Source of the DNA: Spirochaetia bacterium
GTDB lineage: Bacteria > Spirochaetota > Spirochaetia > SZUA-6 > Bin103
Direction of reading: 5' to 3'
Length of the DNA stretch: 64,000 nt
NCBI GenBank assembly: GCA_965203905.1
Contig: CBDBDQ010000005.1
Span: 3,840,001 to 3,904,000, forward strand
Part shown: piece by piece, positions 19,840 to 30,339 of the stretch
How the letters are laid out: the number at the start of each line of letters is the position of its first letter
Numbering within the stretch: position 1 is the first letter of the stretch
The notes under the pieces: model-generated
What the model saw: only the letters and a program-made list of their open reading frames with translations
Told to the model about the DNA's origin: nothing
Databases searched by the model: none
Program-made: the position numbers and the translations under genes

Positions 19840-20922
19840 TCACGCGAGCATCAGGTCCAGGAGTTGGCGGTCGAGTTGATGGCCATGCCAATTTTCATAC
19901 GCAACGTCAGTTCTCCCTGTATCGAGCACGCCAAAGGCGCCGCGGAAGTTCCACAGCGCGAACCCGATCCCGGCGCCTTTGAGAATGTCGAGCACGTCTC
20001 GGAACCACGACAGGAATACCGTGTGCGGAGTGCGGCTGTAACATCCACACTCGCCACAGTGCACGCCGCTCCCCCGTCGGGCCAACTCGATCCAGGGCGC
20101 GAACTGTTGCTCGAGTCTGCGGCGGTCCCAGATGCCGGCGTCGTCCCACTTGCCATCGCCGCGGACGCCCGGCCAAACCGGCTCGGGAAACGGTTCTTCC
20201 GAGACCTGCCAGGGCACGTCATAGTGCGTCAACGGCACCGGGGAGTAACTCCGACAGCTCTGCGCAACACCCAGATCCTCGAGGGTCCGCGAAGGGATCC
20301 TTCCAGCCCGGTTGCCATCGCAAATGACGAGGTGCTCGGGATTGAACTCCCGAATTGCCTTCACCGCCGCTTCGTTCACGGAGCGGAATATCTCATCCGG
20401 AACCGCCAGCTTGGTCGCAAGCGGCTCATTCTGGTCCCACACACAGGGCTCGTTGAGGAGATTGAAGCTGATCTCCTTTGGCGAGAGGCTCCGATAGCGT
20501 CTGGCAAAGATCGCCCAGTGGAAACAGAAGGCGTCCTGTGCTTCTTGGTCACGCCACAGGTCGAACGGTTCTCGAAACCCGGGATTGATGCAGAAGCCCG
20601 GACCCCGATGGAAATTCAGACTTACGTGAACCGAATACTTGCGGCCGAGCTCGACGAGTCGATCGATTTCCTCGAGGGCGCTCTCCTTGACGTCGTACAC
20701 CTGATCGACCGTGATTGGCTTCGACGGATCGTAGTCGAGCCACCGCGGGTAGGCCATCGGCAGCCGCACGAAGTTGAATCCCCAGTCCGAGATCCAACGG
20801 AAGTCGTCCTCGGTGGTAGCCTCGAAAGACGCATCGGGCTCGGTCGGATACTCGAAATCGACGAGATTGAATCCGCGCCAGTCTGGAAGGACCGTTTGGG
20901 CAACGCTCTCACTCTCTGCCAT
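19840..20922 (-). CDS. Glycoside hydrolase family 5 (cellulase family)
   Basis: GFNFVRLP, NLLNEP acid/base, HCGECG nucleophile, ALWNF. Confidence 0.9.
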   Translation of the reverse strand: MAESESVAQTVLPDWRGFNLVDFEYPTEPDASFEATTEDDFRWISDWGFNFVRLPMAYPRWLDYDPSKPITVDQVYDVKESALEEIDRLVELGRKYSVHVSLNFHRGPGFCINPGFREPFDLWRDQEAQDAFCFHWAIFARRYRSLSPKEISFNLLNEPCVWDQNEPLATKLAVPDEIFRSVNEAAVKAIREFNPEHLVICDGNRAGRIPSRTLEDLGVAQSCRSYSPVPLTHYDVPWQVSEEPFPEPVWPGVRGDGKWDDAGIWDRRRLEQQFAPWIELARRGSGVHCGECGCYSRTPHTVFLSWFRDVLDILKGAGIGFALWNFRGAFGVLDTGRTDVAYENWHGHQLDRQLLDLMLA

Positions 20923-21033
20923 TACTGCACACGCCTCCCCAGCCAAAGTGCGTCACCACGGCACCGTCAGCTTCGCGATTGACCTGGACAACGGCGTGCT
21001 CGTCGACGTCGACCGAACCGAGGGCAACCGCGG

Positions 21034-22020
21034 TCATCTGTTCGCAGCGCCCTGTTTCTCGATCGCCTCGATCATGGCCTGGATATAACCGAAGGCGAAT
21101 GACCGGGACTGGTGTTGCCCGTCGGTGTCCCCCTGGGTGCGCGGCACATGGTCGTCGAGGAACAGCCCCTCGTAACCGGCGTCGTAGTACGCCTTCATCG
21201 CACGGTACATATCGACGTGCCCGGTGTTGATGAACTCCTCCCGAAAGTCGTTCGGGTCCGGTGCCGACACGTTGCGAAAGTGGACGTACAGCACCTTGTC
21301 GCGGCGGACCATCTCGTCGATGAATCCGTAGATGTTGTCGTCGCTCGAATCGGTCATCTCCGAGATCGTGCCCTGACAGAACTCGATGGCGTTGTTGGGT
21401 GACTCGTAGATGTCGAGATAGCGGCGGTAGTTCTCGTAGGAGCTGAACAGCCGCGGGATGCCGCCGATCTGTTTCACCGGCGGGTCGTCGGGGTGGATGC
21501 CCAATCGTATTCCCGCCTCCTCAGCGACGGGAATGATGATCTTGAGCCAATATTCCAGGTTCGCCCACAACTCCTCTTCGGTATATTCGCGCTCGTGGGT
21601 GAAGGGCAGGTCTTTCACCTCGTCGTAGTTGAAGGCGGTGGCGATGGCGCCGCCGCGAACCGGTTTTGGCGTGGTTCGCCACACCGACGACGGCATCCAG
21701 TGATAGCCGAAGACCGGGATGCCGGCCTGCGCCATGTTGCGAATCGTGGTGATCATGTTGTCGATCTGCTGGTCACGCTTCGGTCCGCCGAGCATGATGT
21801 GATCGTAGAACTTGATCGGCACGTTCTCCATCGCCGCCACCCTCAGCCCGTGACTCTCGACGTTCAGGCGCATCATCGCCAGGTCCTTGACCTGCCACGT
21901 GCCGTCATCGTCGGGCAGGTTGCCTGAATTGGCCATGACCAGATCGGTGATTCCCATCTGCCGGGCGTACGTGAGTTGCTCGGGCCTCGGCGGGACTGCC
22001 ATGTAAGATCCTGCGCGCAT
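21034..22020 (-). CDS. uxuA: Mannonate dehydratase (UxuA) family, paralog 1
   Basis: HPDDPP, FCQGT, VHFRNV, DHVP, AFGYIQA. Confidence 0.88.
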   Translation of the reverse strand: MRAGSYMAVPPRPEQLTYARQMGITDLVMANSGNLPDDDGTWQVKDLAMMRLNVESHGLRVAAMENVPIKFYDHIMLGGPKRDQQIDNMITTIRNMAQAGIPVFGYHWMPSSVWRTTPKPVRGGAIATAFNYDEVKDLPFTHEREYTEEELWANLEYWLKIIIPVAEEAGIRLGIHPDDPPVKQIGGIPRLFSSYENYRRYLDIYESPNNAIEFCQGTISEMTDSSDDNIYGFIDEMVRRDKVLYVHFRNVSAPDPNDFREEFINTGHVDMYRAMKAYYDAGYEGLFLDDHVPRTQGDTDGQHQSRSFAFGYIQAMIEAIEKQGAANR

Positions 22021-22313
22021 CTGCCTCTCCGCGTGTGGATAGTGACCTTCCCGACGGATGGGAAGGAAGGTTGCTGTTGGCAGCGCGATGTCCGCCGCCG
22101 GCGGCCAATCTACGCCACGCCCCGCGAGACGTCAAGGAATCGAAGGGGTAATACCGCAGCCGGCCACCGGCGGCAGCCAAGCGGGGCAACGGCGCGGCAA
22201 CACGCGTACCACGCACCGGACGAGGTCGCCACCGTCACGCCGGCACACCCCGCTGGATACGCGGACAAATGCCGTCTATCCTATGGGCCGCATGGAGGCT
22301 TTGGAGGTCGACG

Positions 22314-23243
22314 ATGGGTAGGACGAACCACGAGTACGTGGCCTATTTCAACGGCGAGTGGATGCCGCTCAGTGAGGTTCGCATCCACCCCATGGATTCG
22401 GGTTTCGTGGTCGGTGACGTCGTGTTCGACTTGGGGCGCACCTTCGACGGCAGGAGCTTTCGCCTGAAGGAGCACATCGATCGGCTGTACCGATCGCTCA
22501 AGTTCGTGCGCATCGACCCCGGCATGTCGTCGGACGAGATGATCGCACTCAGCGAGGAGGCGCTGCAGCGCAACGCGCATCTGCGCGGCGAGCTCGAAGA
22601 CCTTACGGTACGGCAGTTTGTTACGCGTGGCGTCGGGAGCCGGCCGCGGGACGGGGGCTCGCCGACCGTCGGTATCATCGTCGGGCACGTGCAATTCGCC
22701 TCGTTCGCGCACCTCTACGAGATCGGAGCGCACGGGATCATCACCCGAACCAGGAGCCATTCGGCGGAGACGATCGACCCCAAGCTGAAGCACTATTGTC
22801 GCCTCAACTTCAATCTGGCCGATCTGGAGGCTGCTGACGTCGATCCCGAGGGGTGGCCGATCCTGTGCGACATGGAAGGGTATCTGAGCGAAGGCACCGG
22901 ATACAACGTCTTCCTGGTCTCCAAGGGCGTCATTCGTACCCCGCAGGATCGGGCCATCCTGCAGGGCGTCTCCCGCGGCATGGTGCTGGACCTGGCTCAT
23001 CAGCTCGGCCTGGATGCCGTCGAAGAGGACCTGCAACCGTACGATCTGTACAACGCCGACGAGGCGTTCTTTACCGGCACCTCGCCGTGCGTGATGCCGG
23101 TGACCAGGGCCGACCACCGCCAAGTCGGAGACGGCAAACCCGGTCCGATCACCAAACAGCTGCTGGCCGCTTGGAGCGACGCCGTGGGTGTGGACATCGT
23201 CAGCCAGGCGCTGCACTCGCTGCAAGCAGCGGCGGCTGCGTGA
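22314..23243 (+). CDS. Aminotransferase class IV (branched-chain/D-amino acid type)
   Basis: EHIDRLYRS, PLP Lys in PKLKHY, EGTGYNVF, ILQGVSR, EAFFTGTS. Confidence 0.9.
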   Translation: MGRTNHEYVAYFNGEWMPLSEVRIHPMDSGFVVGDVVFDLGRTFDGRSFRLKEHIDRLYRSLKFVRIDPGMSSDEMIALSEEALQRNAHLRGELEDLTVRQFVTRGVGSRPRDGGSPTVGIIVGHVQFASFAHLYEIGAHGIITRTRSHSAETIDPKLKHYCRLNFNLADLEAADVDPEGWPILCDMEGYLSEGTGYNVFLVSKGVIRTPQDRAILQGVSRGMVLDLAHQLGLDAVEEDLQPYDLYNADEAFFTGTSPCVMPVTRADHRQVGDGKPGPITKQLLAAWSDAVGVDIVSQALHSLQAAAAA

Positions 23244-23310
23244 TGCGTCCCCCATCAACATGCGGGAGCGCTCGCCACGAAAGGTCCGGATCGCAGCGCC
23301 AGGGAACGAC

Positions 23311-24015
23311 GTGAGGGTACTCGTCACCTCCGCCGCGGCACCACTGCCGCAACAGCTGGCGCAGTCACTCGCCAAGAGCCATGACGTCCTGGGGACGGAC
23401 ACCGAGGAGATATCCAGTGAGGTCGACTTCGTACGCTCGGAGCTCGATCACACCCCGGCCACCAACGAGCTGGTCCGCGGTGTCGACGTGATCGTCCACT
23501 CCGGCGCGGTCGATCCCGCGGCGAGCGTTTCCGAGCAACTCGACTTCCAGATGCGCTGCACGTACAACCTGCTGTGGGCGGCCGCGGAAGAGCGGGTGCC
23601 GCGCTTCATCTACCTCAGCTCGCTCAGCCTCATGCACGGCTACGACGAAGGTCTCGCCGTGACCGAGAGGTGGAAGCCGCTGCCGACCATCGAGCCCGCT
23701 GTTCTGTGCTACCACCTGGGTGAGTATGTGTGCCGCGAGTTCGCCCGCGAGGGGAAGATCAACGTCGTCGTCTTGCGGCTGGGGGAGCTGACCGACGAGT
23801 CAGATGCCTCGCCGTCCCGATCAGCGCTCTACCTGGACGATGCGCTGCAGGCCGTGGAGAAAGCACTGACCGCCGAGCTTTCCGGCTGGCTCGATATCTT
23901 CCATATACAGTCGTCGGTTCCCAACGCGCGCTATCTGACTGGTCAGCCGTGGTGGAGCGCGGACGACGTTTCGCCGTCGTTCAGCCTGGGATACCAGCCA
24001 CGGGCGCGGAGTTGA
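23311..24015 (+). CDS. NAD-dependent epimerase/dehydratase-like protein with degenerate motifs
   Basis: Extended-SDR layout (TYNLLWAA, FIYLSS, VVLRLG) but lacks GxxGxxG and YxxxK. Confidence 0.75.
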   Translation: MRVLVTSAAAPLPQQLAQSLAKSHDVLGTDTEEISSEVDFVRSELDHTPATNELVRGVDVIVHSGAVDPAASVSEQLDFQMRCTYNLLWAAAEERVPRFIYLSSLSLMHGYDEGLAVTERWKPLPTIEPAVLCYHLGEYVCREFAREGKINVVVLRLGELTDESDASPSRSALYLDDALQAVEKALTAELSGWLDIFHIQSSVPNARYLTGQPWWSADDVSPSFSLGYQPRARS

Positions 24016-24016
24016 G

Positions 24017-24796
24017 GTGATGAACGTACTGATCCTCGGCGCAAACGGCATGCTCGGACCACACGTCGTGCCGGCGCTGGAGGCGCGGCACCGGCTGCGC
24101 CTCAGCGACATCAACGATCTGGACACGCCGCATGAGTATCTGAAGGTGGACGTGGCCGATGTCGATCAAGTGATTGCCGCGGCCGAAGGCATGGATGCCA
24201 TCATCAATCTGTCGGTGCTGCGCGCCGATCGCAAGCTGGCCTTCGATGTCAGCGCCCGCGGCTGCTACAACATGATGACCGCAGCGCTACAGCACGGCAT
24301 CCGCCGGATCATCAACACCGGCCCCTTCTACGCCATCACCGGCCCGACCTATGAGCGCTTCGACCACCTGATCGGGCCGGATGTTCCGCCACAGCCGGGA
24401 ACGTTCCTGTACGCCCACACCAAGTCGTTGGGCCACGAGATCACCCGCGTATTCGCCGAGCACCACGATGTCTACGTGATGAACTTGCTGTTCTACATGT
24501 TCCTGGATGCTGAAGAGCAGCCGTCGGAGTCCGGGTCGCCGATCGCCAACCTGGGCCACGACCTGGTCCCGTTCACGGTCTCGTGGCGGGATGCGGCGAC
24601 CTGCTTCGGAAGCGCGCTGGACATCGAGCTGGAGCGCCTGCCCTCGCGGTGCGAGGTGTTCTTCGTGTCCGCCGACCTCCCGCACCAGAAGTTCTCGAAC
24701 GACAAGGCCAGGCGGCTGCTGGGCTGGGAGCCGCAGGACAAGCTCGATCAATTCTGGAAGAAGACGGCGTCGCCGGGTGCTCCCGGCAACGGCTAG
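24017..24796 (+). CDS. NAD-dependent epimerase/dehydratase (uronate dehydrogenase-like)
   Basis: GANGMLG, YAHTK, ARRLLGWEP. Confidence 0.85.
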   Translation: MMNVLILGANGMLGPHVVPALEARHRLRLSDINDLDTPHEYLKVDVADVDQVIAAAEGMDAIINLSVLRADRKLAFDVSARGCYNMMTAALQHGIRRIINTGPFYAITGPTYERFDHLIGPDVPPQPGTFLYAHTKSLGHEITRVFAEHHDVYVMNLLFYMFLDAEEQPSESGSPIANLGHDLVPFTVSWRDAATCFGSALDIELERLPSRCEVFFVSADLPHQKFSNDKARRLLGWEPQDKLDQFWKKTASPGAPGNG

Positions 24797-24836
24797 GAGC
24801 CAAGTCCAGTCGTCTCGATGAGTGAACTCGTGGCCC

Positions 24837-25682
24837 TCACGCGAGACCCAGGATCTTCAGACTGTCGCGGTGGATCATCGCGTCCAGCTCGCTCTCCGCG
24901 AGCCGAGGTAGGTTGGTGCCTGACAGCATATCGTTCAGAGAATTCAACCCGTCGATGGAAGCAGCAATGTCGGTGAACGGGTAATCGGTGCCGAACAGCA
25001 GCTTGTCCCAGACCCCGTACTCCTGAACCAGCATCAGGCTGTGGTAGAGCTGGAACGGCCGGTAGTGGAGGGCGCTGACGTCGGCGTAGATGTTCGGATG
25101 TTTGCGGATCACCGCGACGCACTCGTGCTCGTAGGGGTGCCCGAGGTGCGCCATGATGATCTTGACGTCGGGAAAGCGAGTTCCTACCGGATCGAGCCAG
25201 CGTGGCAGCGTGCACTCGAGTGGAGCCTGGGCGATGAAGGTGGTTCCCGTATGCAGCAGGACCGGGAGGCGGTGACTCGTCGCGTATTCCCAGAGCGGGT
25301 TCAGCTGTTCGGCATCCGGCCGAAACCCTGCGTACATGGGTAGCAGCTTGACGCCGCGCAGGCCGAGCTCGCGATGGCCATGCTCCATCTCGGTCTCCCA
25401 GCCTGGCTGGGTGGGATCCACCGAGAGGAAGCCAATCAGCCGTTCCGGATCCCGGGCCACGTATTCGGCCACATAGTCATCATCCACCCACATCCCGCTC
25501 AGCTTCGCCTTGCCGCCGAATACGATGGTCTGGGTGTCGTCGGGCGCGTGCGCCCGATACTCCTCATAGCGCACCGCGCCGTCGAGAATCCGATCGGCCC
25601 GTGCCCGCCGCAGCTGCCGCTGGAATTGGGCGGAGAGGTGGCGGGCCGGGTGCCAGGCGTGGCTGTGGACGTCTATGATCAC
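24837..25682 (-). CDS. Amidohydrolase family protein (amidohydro_2)
   Basis: IIDVHSH, VLLHTG, MAHLG, LLFGTDYP. Confidence 0.9.
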   Translation of the reverse strand: MIIDVHSHAWHPARHLSAQFQRQLRRARADRILDGAVRYEEYRAHAPDDTQTIVFGGKAKLSGMWVDDDYVAEYVARDPERLIGFLSVDPTQPGWETEMEHGHRELGLRGVKLLPMYAGFRPDAEQLNPLWEYATSHRLPVLLHTGTTFIAQAPLECTLPRWLDPVGTRFPDVKIIMAHLGHPYEHECVAVIRKHPNIYADVSALHYRPFQLYHSLMLVQEYGVWDKLLFGTDYPFTDIAASIDGLNSLNDMLSGTNLPRLAESELDAMIHRDSLKILGLA

Positions 25683-25895
25683 GAGCGGTCTTCCGTGGTG
25701 GACGGCAAAGCTACCTCCCCGCCGCGGCAGTGGCAAGCCGTGACGACCAGCCAGCGCGCGATCATCACTCGATGACCCCGGTAATCAGTGACACGATTTC
25801 GTTCATGTCTGTCTCTTCCTCAGCACCACCACTCGATCTACGAGCTCGATGACGTGCTTGTGCGTTGTTGTGATAGATCCGGATGATGGCGGGCC

Positions 25896-26060
25896 TCAGT
25901 CTTCGCGACGCGGGCGGACTACCGTCTCACCGTCCGGTTCGATGAGCGGATGGTGGTAGATGTAGGGCGGCTCGAGCACCGCCTGCTGCGCTTCGGTCAA
26001 TTCCGCGACCCATTCGGGCTGGGTGACTTCGTACGTGCCGCCGTCTTGGTACCGTCCGCG
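25896..26060 (-). pseudogene. Gene remnant resembling the C-terminus of a phytanoyl-CoA dioxygenase family protein
   Basis: Manual translation ...QPEWVAELTEAQQAVLEPPYIYHHPLIEPDGETVVRPRRED*; no start in frame; family assignment from memory. Confidence 0.4.
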
Positions 26061-26193
26061 CTACTTGTGCGTCTCCTTTGCTCTGGGCTCCCCGTGATGT
26101 ACACTGCCGCAACAGGGTCCGTGACAGACGGCGGGACCGATCGCAAGCCTGACGTGACGGACGGGGGAGAAGACGACGTTGGAGGGTACCCAC

Positions 26194-27207
26194 ATGCCGA
26201 CTGTGAATCAGCCACGTATGAGAATCGCCGCGCAACCACCAGTTGACGCGTCCGCTGCCGATATTGCCTTCGTCAATCAGCTTGGCGTCGAGGATGTCGT
26301 ACTCTCGGTGGATGCAGAGAACGCCAACTACGATTACTACGTTGCGTTGACAAAGCGGTACAACGACGCCGGCATCAACATCTACGCACTCGGAAACGCC
26401 GGCATCCACTGCAACAGCTCGCTGGTACTCAACCTTGCCGATAGAGATAAGGTGCTGGAGCGTTACAAACAGCACATTCGGGACATCGGCAGGGCCGGGA
26501 TCCCGTACCTGACCCACGCCCACATCGGCAACGGCGTGTGGTACACGGAGTACCCCGGCACTCGTGGCGGGGCGGAAACCCGCCTCTTCGATCTCGCGGC
26601 GGAGAGTCACGGTCAGTCGCCCGACGGGATCCACTACGGGCCCCTCTCACACGGCCGCGCATTCGGCGACGACGAGATCTGGGACAACTATGAGTACTTC
26701 ATCCGCCAGATCGCGCCGGTCGCCGAGGAGTGGAACGTGAAGATCGGGGTGCATCCCGATGATCCGCCGGTTGCCGAGCTGGCCGGGATACCACGGTGTT
26801 TCTACAGCTTCGATTCGTACCAACGGGCCCTGCAGATCGCGGACAGCCCCAACGTGGGTGTCTGCCTCTGCGTCGGCTGCTGGCTCGAAGGTGGAGCGGC
26901 CATGGGTGAGGATGTGTTCGGGGCGATCCGCTATTTTGCGGAGCAGAAGAAGCTGTTCAAAGTTCACTTCAGAAATGTCGACCGGCCGCTACCGGTGTTC
27001 ACGGAGACGTTTGTCGACGACGGGTACATGGACATGTACAAGGTCATGCTTGCCTTGCGAGAGGCGGATTTCGACGGGGTGGTCATCCCGGATCACGTGC
27101 CCGCGATGGAGGGCGGCGACAACGTCGGCATGGCATACACCATCGGCTACATGAAGGCGCTCCTGGAGCGAGCGAACGCGGAGGTGGCGCGCTCAGCTGT
27201 CGGCTAG
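26194..27207 (+). CDS. Mannonate dehydratase (UxuA) family, paralog 2
   Basis: HPDDPP, CVGC, VHFRNV, PDHVP, YTIGYMKA. Confidence 0.85.
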   Translation: MPTVNQPRMRIAAQPPVDASAADIAFVNQLGVEDVVLSVDAENANYDYYVALTKRYNDAGINIYALGNAGIHCNSSLVLNLADRDKVLERYKQHIRDIGRAGIPYLTHAHIGNGVWYTEYPGTRGGAETRLFDLAAESHGQSPDGIHYGPLSHGRAFGDDEIWDNYEYFIRQIAPVAEEWNVKIGVHPDDPPVAELAGIPRCFYSFDSYQRALQIADSPNVGVCLCVGCWLEGGAAMGEDVFGAIRYFAEQKKLFKVHFRNVDRPLPVFTETFVDDGYMDMYKVMLALREADFDGVVIPDHVPAMEGGDNVGMAYTIGYMKALLERANAEVARSAVG

Positions 27208-27404
27208 GCGGAGCAGGCCGACGAGCTGCCAATCGCACCGACGCCGGCAGTACTTGACGCTTCGCCTGCGGCGTGCAACGCTCGTCCGACCGAACTTCCA
27301 GATTCGTTTCGATGAAGTTGGCGCGTTTGGGCTGGGTACCGGCGCCGGCAGCGGCGCGGCCTTTGCTACAGGCGGCGCCAAGCATAAGGAGTAATGGAGT
27401 GACG

Positions 27405-29237
27405 ATGAACAGAGTCTTTCTGATCGTGCTGGTCCTGTGTGTGACAGGGACCCTCTCGGTATACGCCACCGGGGATTCTGAAGTGGTGCAAACGCGCACG
27501 GCTGAGGCACCGGCCGGTCAGGATCCGGCGAAGTGGTCTGGCCCCGGAGAAATGCCGCCGACGTACATGTTCGGCGAGGGCGGCTACAGCCACGGACCGC
27601 CGTCATACGGTGGCACGATCACGTTTTCGCTTGGCCAGGCCGAACCGCCCGACCCGTCGGTAGCAAGTGGCCTGTGGTGGTCGCTGCCCTACCTGGACTA
27701 TATCCAAGAGCGGGCAATCATCGGTGATACCGAGACTTACGGGCCGAGAGGAAGCGGCGAATCGCGGTTCTCGACGTTCTCGTACATCCCCCAGGAGATC
27801 ACCAGCGGACACTTAGTCGAGAGCTGGGAGCTCAGTCCCGACAAGCTGGTGGTGCACGTGCGGCCCGGCATCATGTGGGCGCCGACTCAGGACCACATGG
27901 ACCGAGGTGTGATGTCCGAGCCCAGAGAGCTCGTCGCGGACGACTTCGTGTTCGACTGGGTCCAGTACGTGACCAGTGTCTGGAGCAAGCGCTTTGAGGC
28001 CCACATCGACTTGGAGAACGCCTCGGACGTCATCTACGCCACGGACAAGTACACCGCGGTCATCGAAATCAAGAAGTTCAGCCATATCCTGTGGCTGTTC
28101 TTCGCGTACGAGGACCGTTCCCTCGTCGGCCCACCCGAGACCGAGGCGGCCGATCCTCACAAGTGGGAGAACCAGATCGGCACGGGGCCCTGGCAGTTCG
28201 AGGAGCTGGTCTCTGGCTCCCACATCAGCTACACGAGGAATGACAACTACTGGCGATCGACGACGATCGACGGTCAGGAGTACCAACTACCGTTCATCGA
28301 CCGGGTCCGCCTGCCGATCATGCCTGACCAGAGCACCCATCTCGCCGCGCTGCGGACCGGTCAACTCGATCTGTGGCGAAGTACTCCGTCGGAATTCTGG
28401 AACACACTCGACAATACGGACAACATGCAAGTGTCAGAATACCAGCCGGGGGCCACGAGCGGCGTTTGGCTGAGGACCGACAAGGCGCCGTTCGATAATG
28501 CGGACGTCCGGCGGGCGCTGCGCATCGGCACGAACAACAGCGAGTTCCAGAAGCTGGTCCGGGCCGAAGACCTGCCGTTGGTCAATTGGCCAACCAATCC
28601 CGACAATCCCGGCGTGTACACCCCGCTCGAGGAGTTGCCGGCCAATATTCAGGAGCTCTGGGAATACGATCCCGCCAAAGCCCGCCGCATGCTTGATGAG
28701 GCAGGTATCCCTGAAGGCTTCTCCATGGAGATATTGCTTACGCCATCCCCACAGGGTCAGGACGTCGCTGCACTGCTCAAAGACCAGTGGTCGAAGATCG
28801 GTGTGGATTTGCAGCTCAACGTTCAGGACAACACGACGGTCGTCAAGCTGAAATACGCTGCCCCCGAGGTGCAGTACGAGGACGCCCTGCTCGATGGCAT
28901 GTTCGTCGGCAACCCATACCAATGGATGCAGCAGGTCACGTTCCCCAATACGGGCAACTACGGGATGTACAACAACCCGGCCGTGAATCAGCTGGCCGAT
29001 AGAGCCTCGTTGGCGACCGATCCCGACGAAGTGAATCGCCTCACCCGCGAAGCAGCCATGATCTACGACTACGAGACACCTATGATACCGCTGTACATGC
29101 AGCCGAGCCGCATCTACTGGTGGCCGTGGGTGAAGAACTACTTCGGCGAGAGCACGATCCAGGACGACGGTCAGTGGGCGGCGCTCGTGTACTTCATGTG
29201 GCTCGATGAGGAGCTGAAGGGCAGCCTGGGTTACTGA
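27405..29237 (+). CDS. ABC transporter family 5 substrate-binding protein
   Basis: Signal peptide, YGGT, IGTGPW, LPFIDR, WPWVKNY. Confidence 0.92.
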   Translation: MNRVFLIVLVLCVTGTLSVYATGDSEVVQTRTAEAPAGQDPAKWSGPGEMPPTYMFGEGGYSHGPPSYGGTITFSLGQAEPPDPSVASGLWWSLPYLDYIQERAIIGDTETYGPRGSGESRFSTFSYIPQEITSGHLVESWELSPDKLVVHVRPGIMWAPTQDHMDRGVMSEPRELVADDFVFDWVQYVTSVWSKRFEAHIDLENASDVIYATDKYTAVIEIKKFSHILWLFFAYEDRSLVGPPETEAADPHKWENQIGTGPWQFEELVSGSHISYTRNDNYWRSTTIDGQEYQLPFIDRVRLPIMPDQSTHLAALRTGQLDLWRSTPSEFWNTLDNTDNMQVSEYQPGATSGVWLRTDKAPFDNADVRRALRIGTNNSEFQKLVRAEDLPLVNWPTNPDNPGVYTPLEELPANIQELWEYDPAKARRMLDEAGIPEGFSMEILLTPSPQGQDVAALLKDQWSKIGVDLQLNVQDNTTVVKLKYAAPEVQYEDALLDGMFVGNPYQWMQQVTFPNTGNYGMYNNPAVNQLADRASLATDPDEVNRLTREAAMIYDYETPMIPLYMQPSRIYWWPWVKNYFGESTIQDDGQWAALVYFMWLDEELKGSLGY

Positions 29238-29268
29238 GCCGATCCATCCTGGTCCAGTGCACGTAGCA

Positions 29269-29299
29269 GAGGGGGGCCAACCACGCCCCCCTCGTTTTT
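29269..29299 (+). terminator. Intrinsic terminator-like hairpin after SBP gene
   Basis: GAGGGGGGC-CAACCAC-GCCCCCCTC followed by GTTTTT. Confidence 0.65.
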
Positions 29300-29354
29300 G
29301 TCCGCGAGGCAATCAGCGGCGCACGCCGGGCGTTTCCGCGGTCAAGGAGTGAAC

Positions 29355-30332
29355 GTGTGGGCATACATCGTTAGACGACTCTTGACGCTCATACCCACAC
29401 TGCTGATCGTCACGGTCCTGGTGTTCCTCTTGGTCAGCATGATGCCCGGAGACATCACCGAGGCCGTGGTTGGCCACACGGGTCACGAAGAGGTCGACCG
29501 AGACGCGATCTTGAAGCAATTCGGGTTGGATCAGCCACTGTATGTCCAATATGGTCGCTGGATGGGTGTTCTGCCGAGAAGTGACGGGCGATTGAGCGGC
29601 CTGTTGCAGGGAAGCCTCGGGACGTCCTGGTGGACCGGGGGCAGCGTGGTCGAGCAGATCACCAAGCGGTGGCCGGTGACCCTGCAGTTGGGACTCCTGG
29701 CGCTCATCGTCGCACAGCTTGTCGCCTTACCTCTGGGCACCGTGTCGGCACTGCGGCAGGAGACGTTTGCCGATTACGCCAGCCGCAGCTTTGCCATAGC
29801 AGCCATCTCCATCCCCGGCTTCTGGGTAGGAACGGTACTGATCGTCTACCCGGCGATATGGTGGAATCACCTGCAACCCATCTTCTACGTCCGGTTCACC
29901 GAAGACCCACTGGCCAATCTGGGGATATTGCTCTTACCGGTGTTGATCCTCGGTATGGAGCTATCCGGCATCACCACGAGAATGGTGCGCAGCATGGTGC
30001 TGGAGGTCCTACGCCAGGATTACGTGAGAACGGCGTGGGCCAAAGGGCTCCCCGAGAGAACGATCGTGACCCGGCACACACTAAAGAATGCGCTGATTCC
30101 GGTCATCACGATCGTCGGCCTGCAAGTGCCCATCATGATTGGTGGTGCGGTGATCATCGAGTCGCTGTTCAACCTGCCGGGCATGGGCCGCCTGCTCATC
30201 GATGCAGTCACCAATCGAGACGAGCCACTGGTCATGGGACTGACAGTTCTGATCTCTGTGGCGCTGGTGTTGATCAATCTCTTGGTCGATCTGACCTATT
30301 CGTACTTCGACCCCAGGATCCAATACAGGTGA
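29355..30332 (+). CDS. ABC transporter permease (DppB-like)
   Basis: MPGD, DYVRTAWAKGL, DPRIQY. Confidence 0.93.
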   Translation: MWAYIVRRLLTLIPTLLIVTVLVFLLVSMMPGDITEAVVGHTGHEEVDRDAILKQFGLDQPLYVQYGRWMGVLPRSDGRLSGLLQGSLGTSWWTGGSVVEQITKRWPVTLQLGLLALIVAQLVALPLGTVSALRQETFADYASRSFAIAAISIPGFWVGTVLIVYPAIWWNHLQPIFYVRFTEDPLANLGILLLPVLILGMELSGITTRMVRSMVLEVLRQDYVRTAWAKGLPERTIVTRHTLKNALIPVITIVGLQVPIMIGGAVIIESLFNLPGMGRLLIDAVTNRDEPLVMGLTVLISVALVLINLLVDLTYSYFDPRIQYR

Positions 30333-30339
30333 TGGCGCA

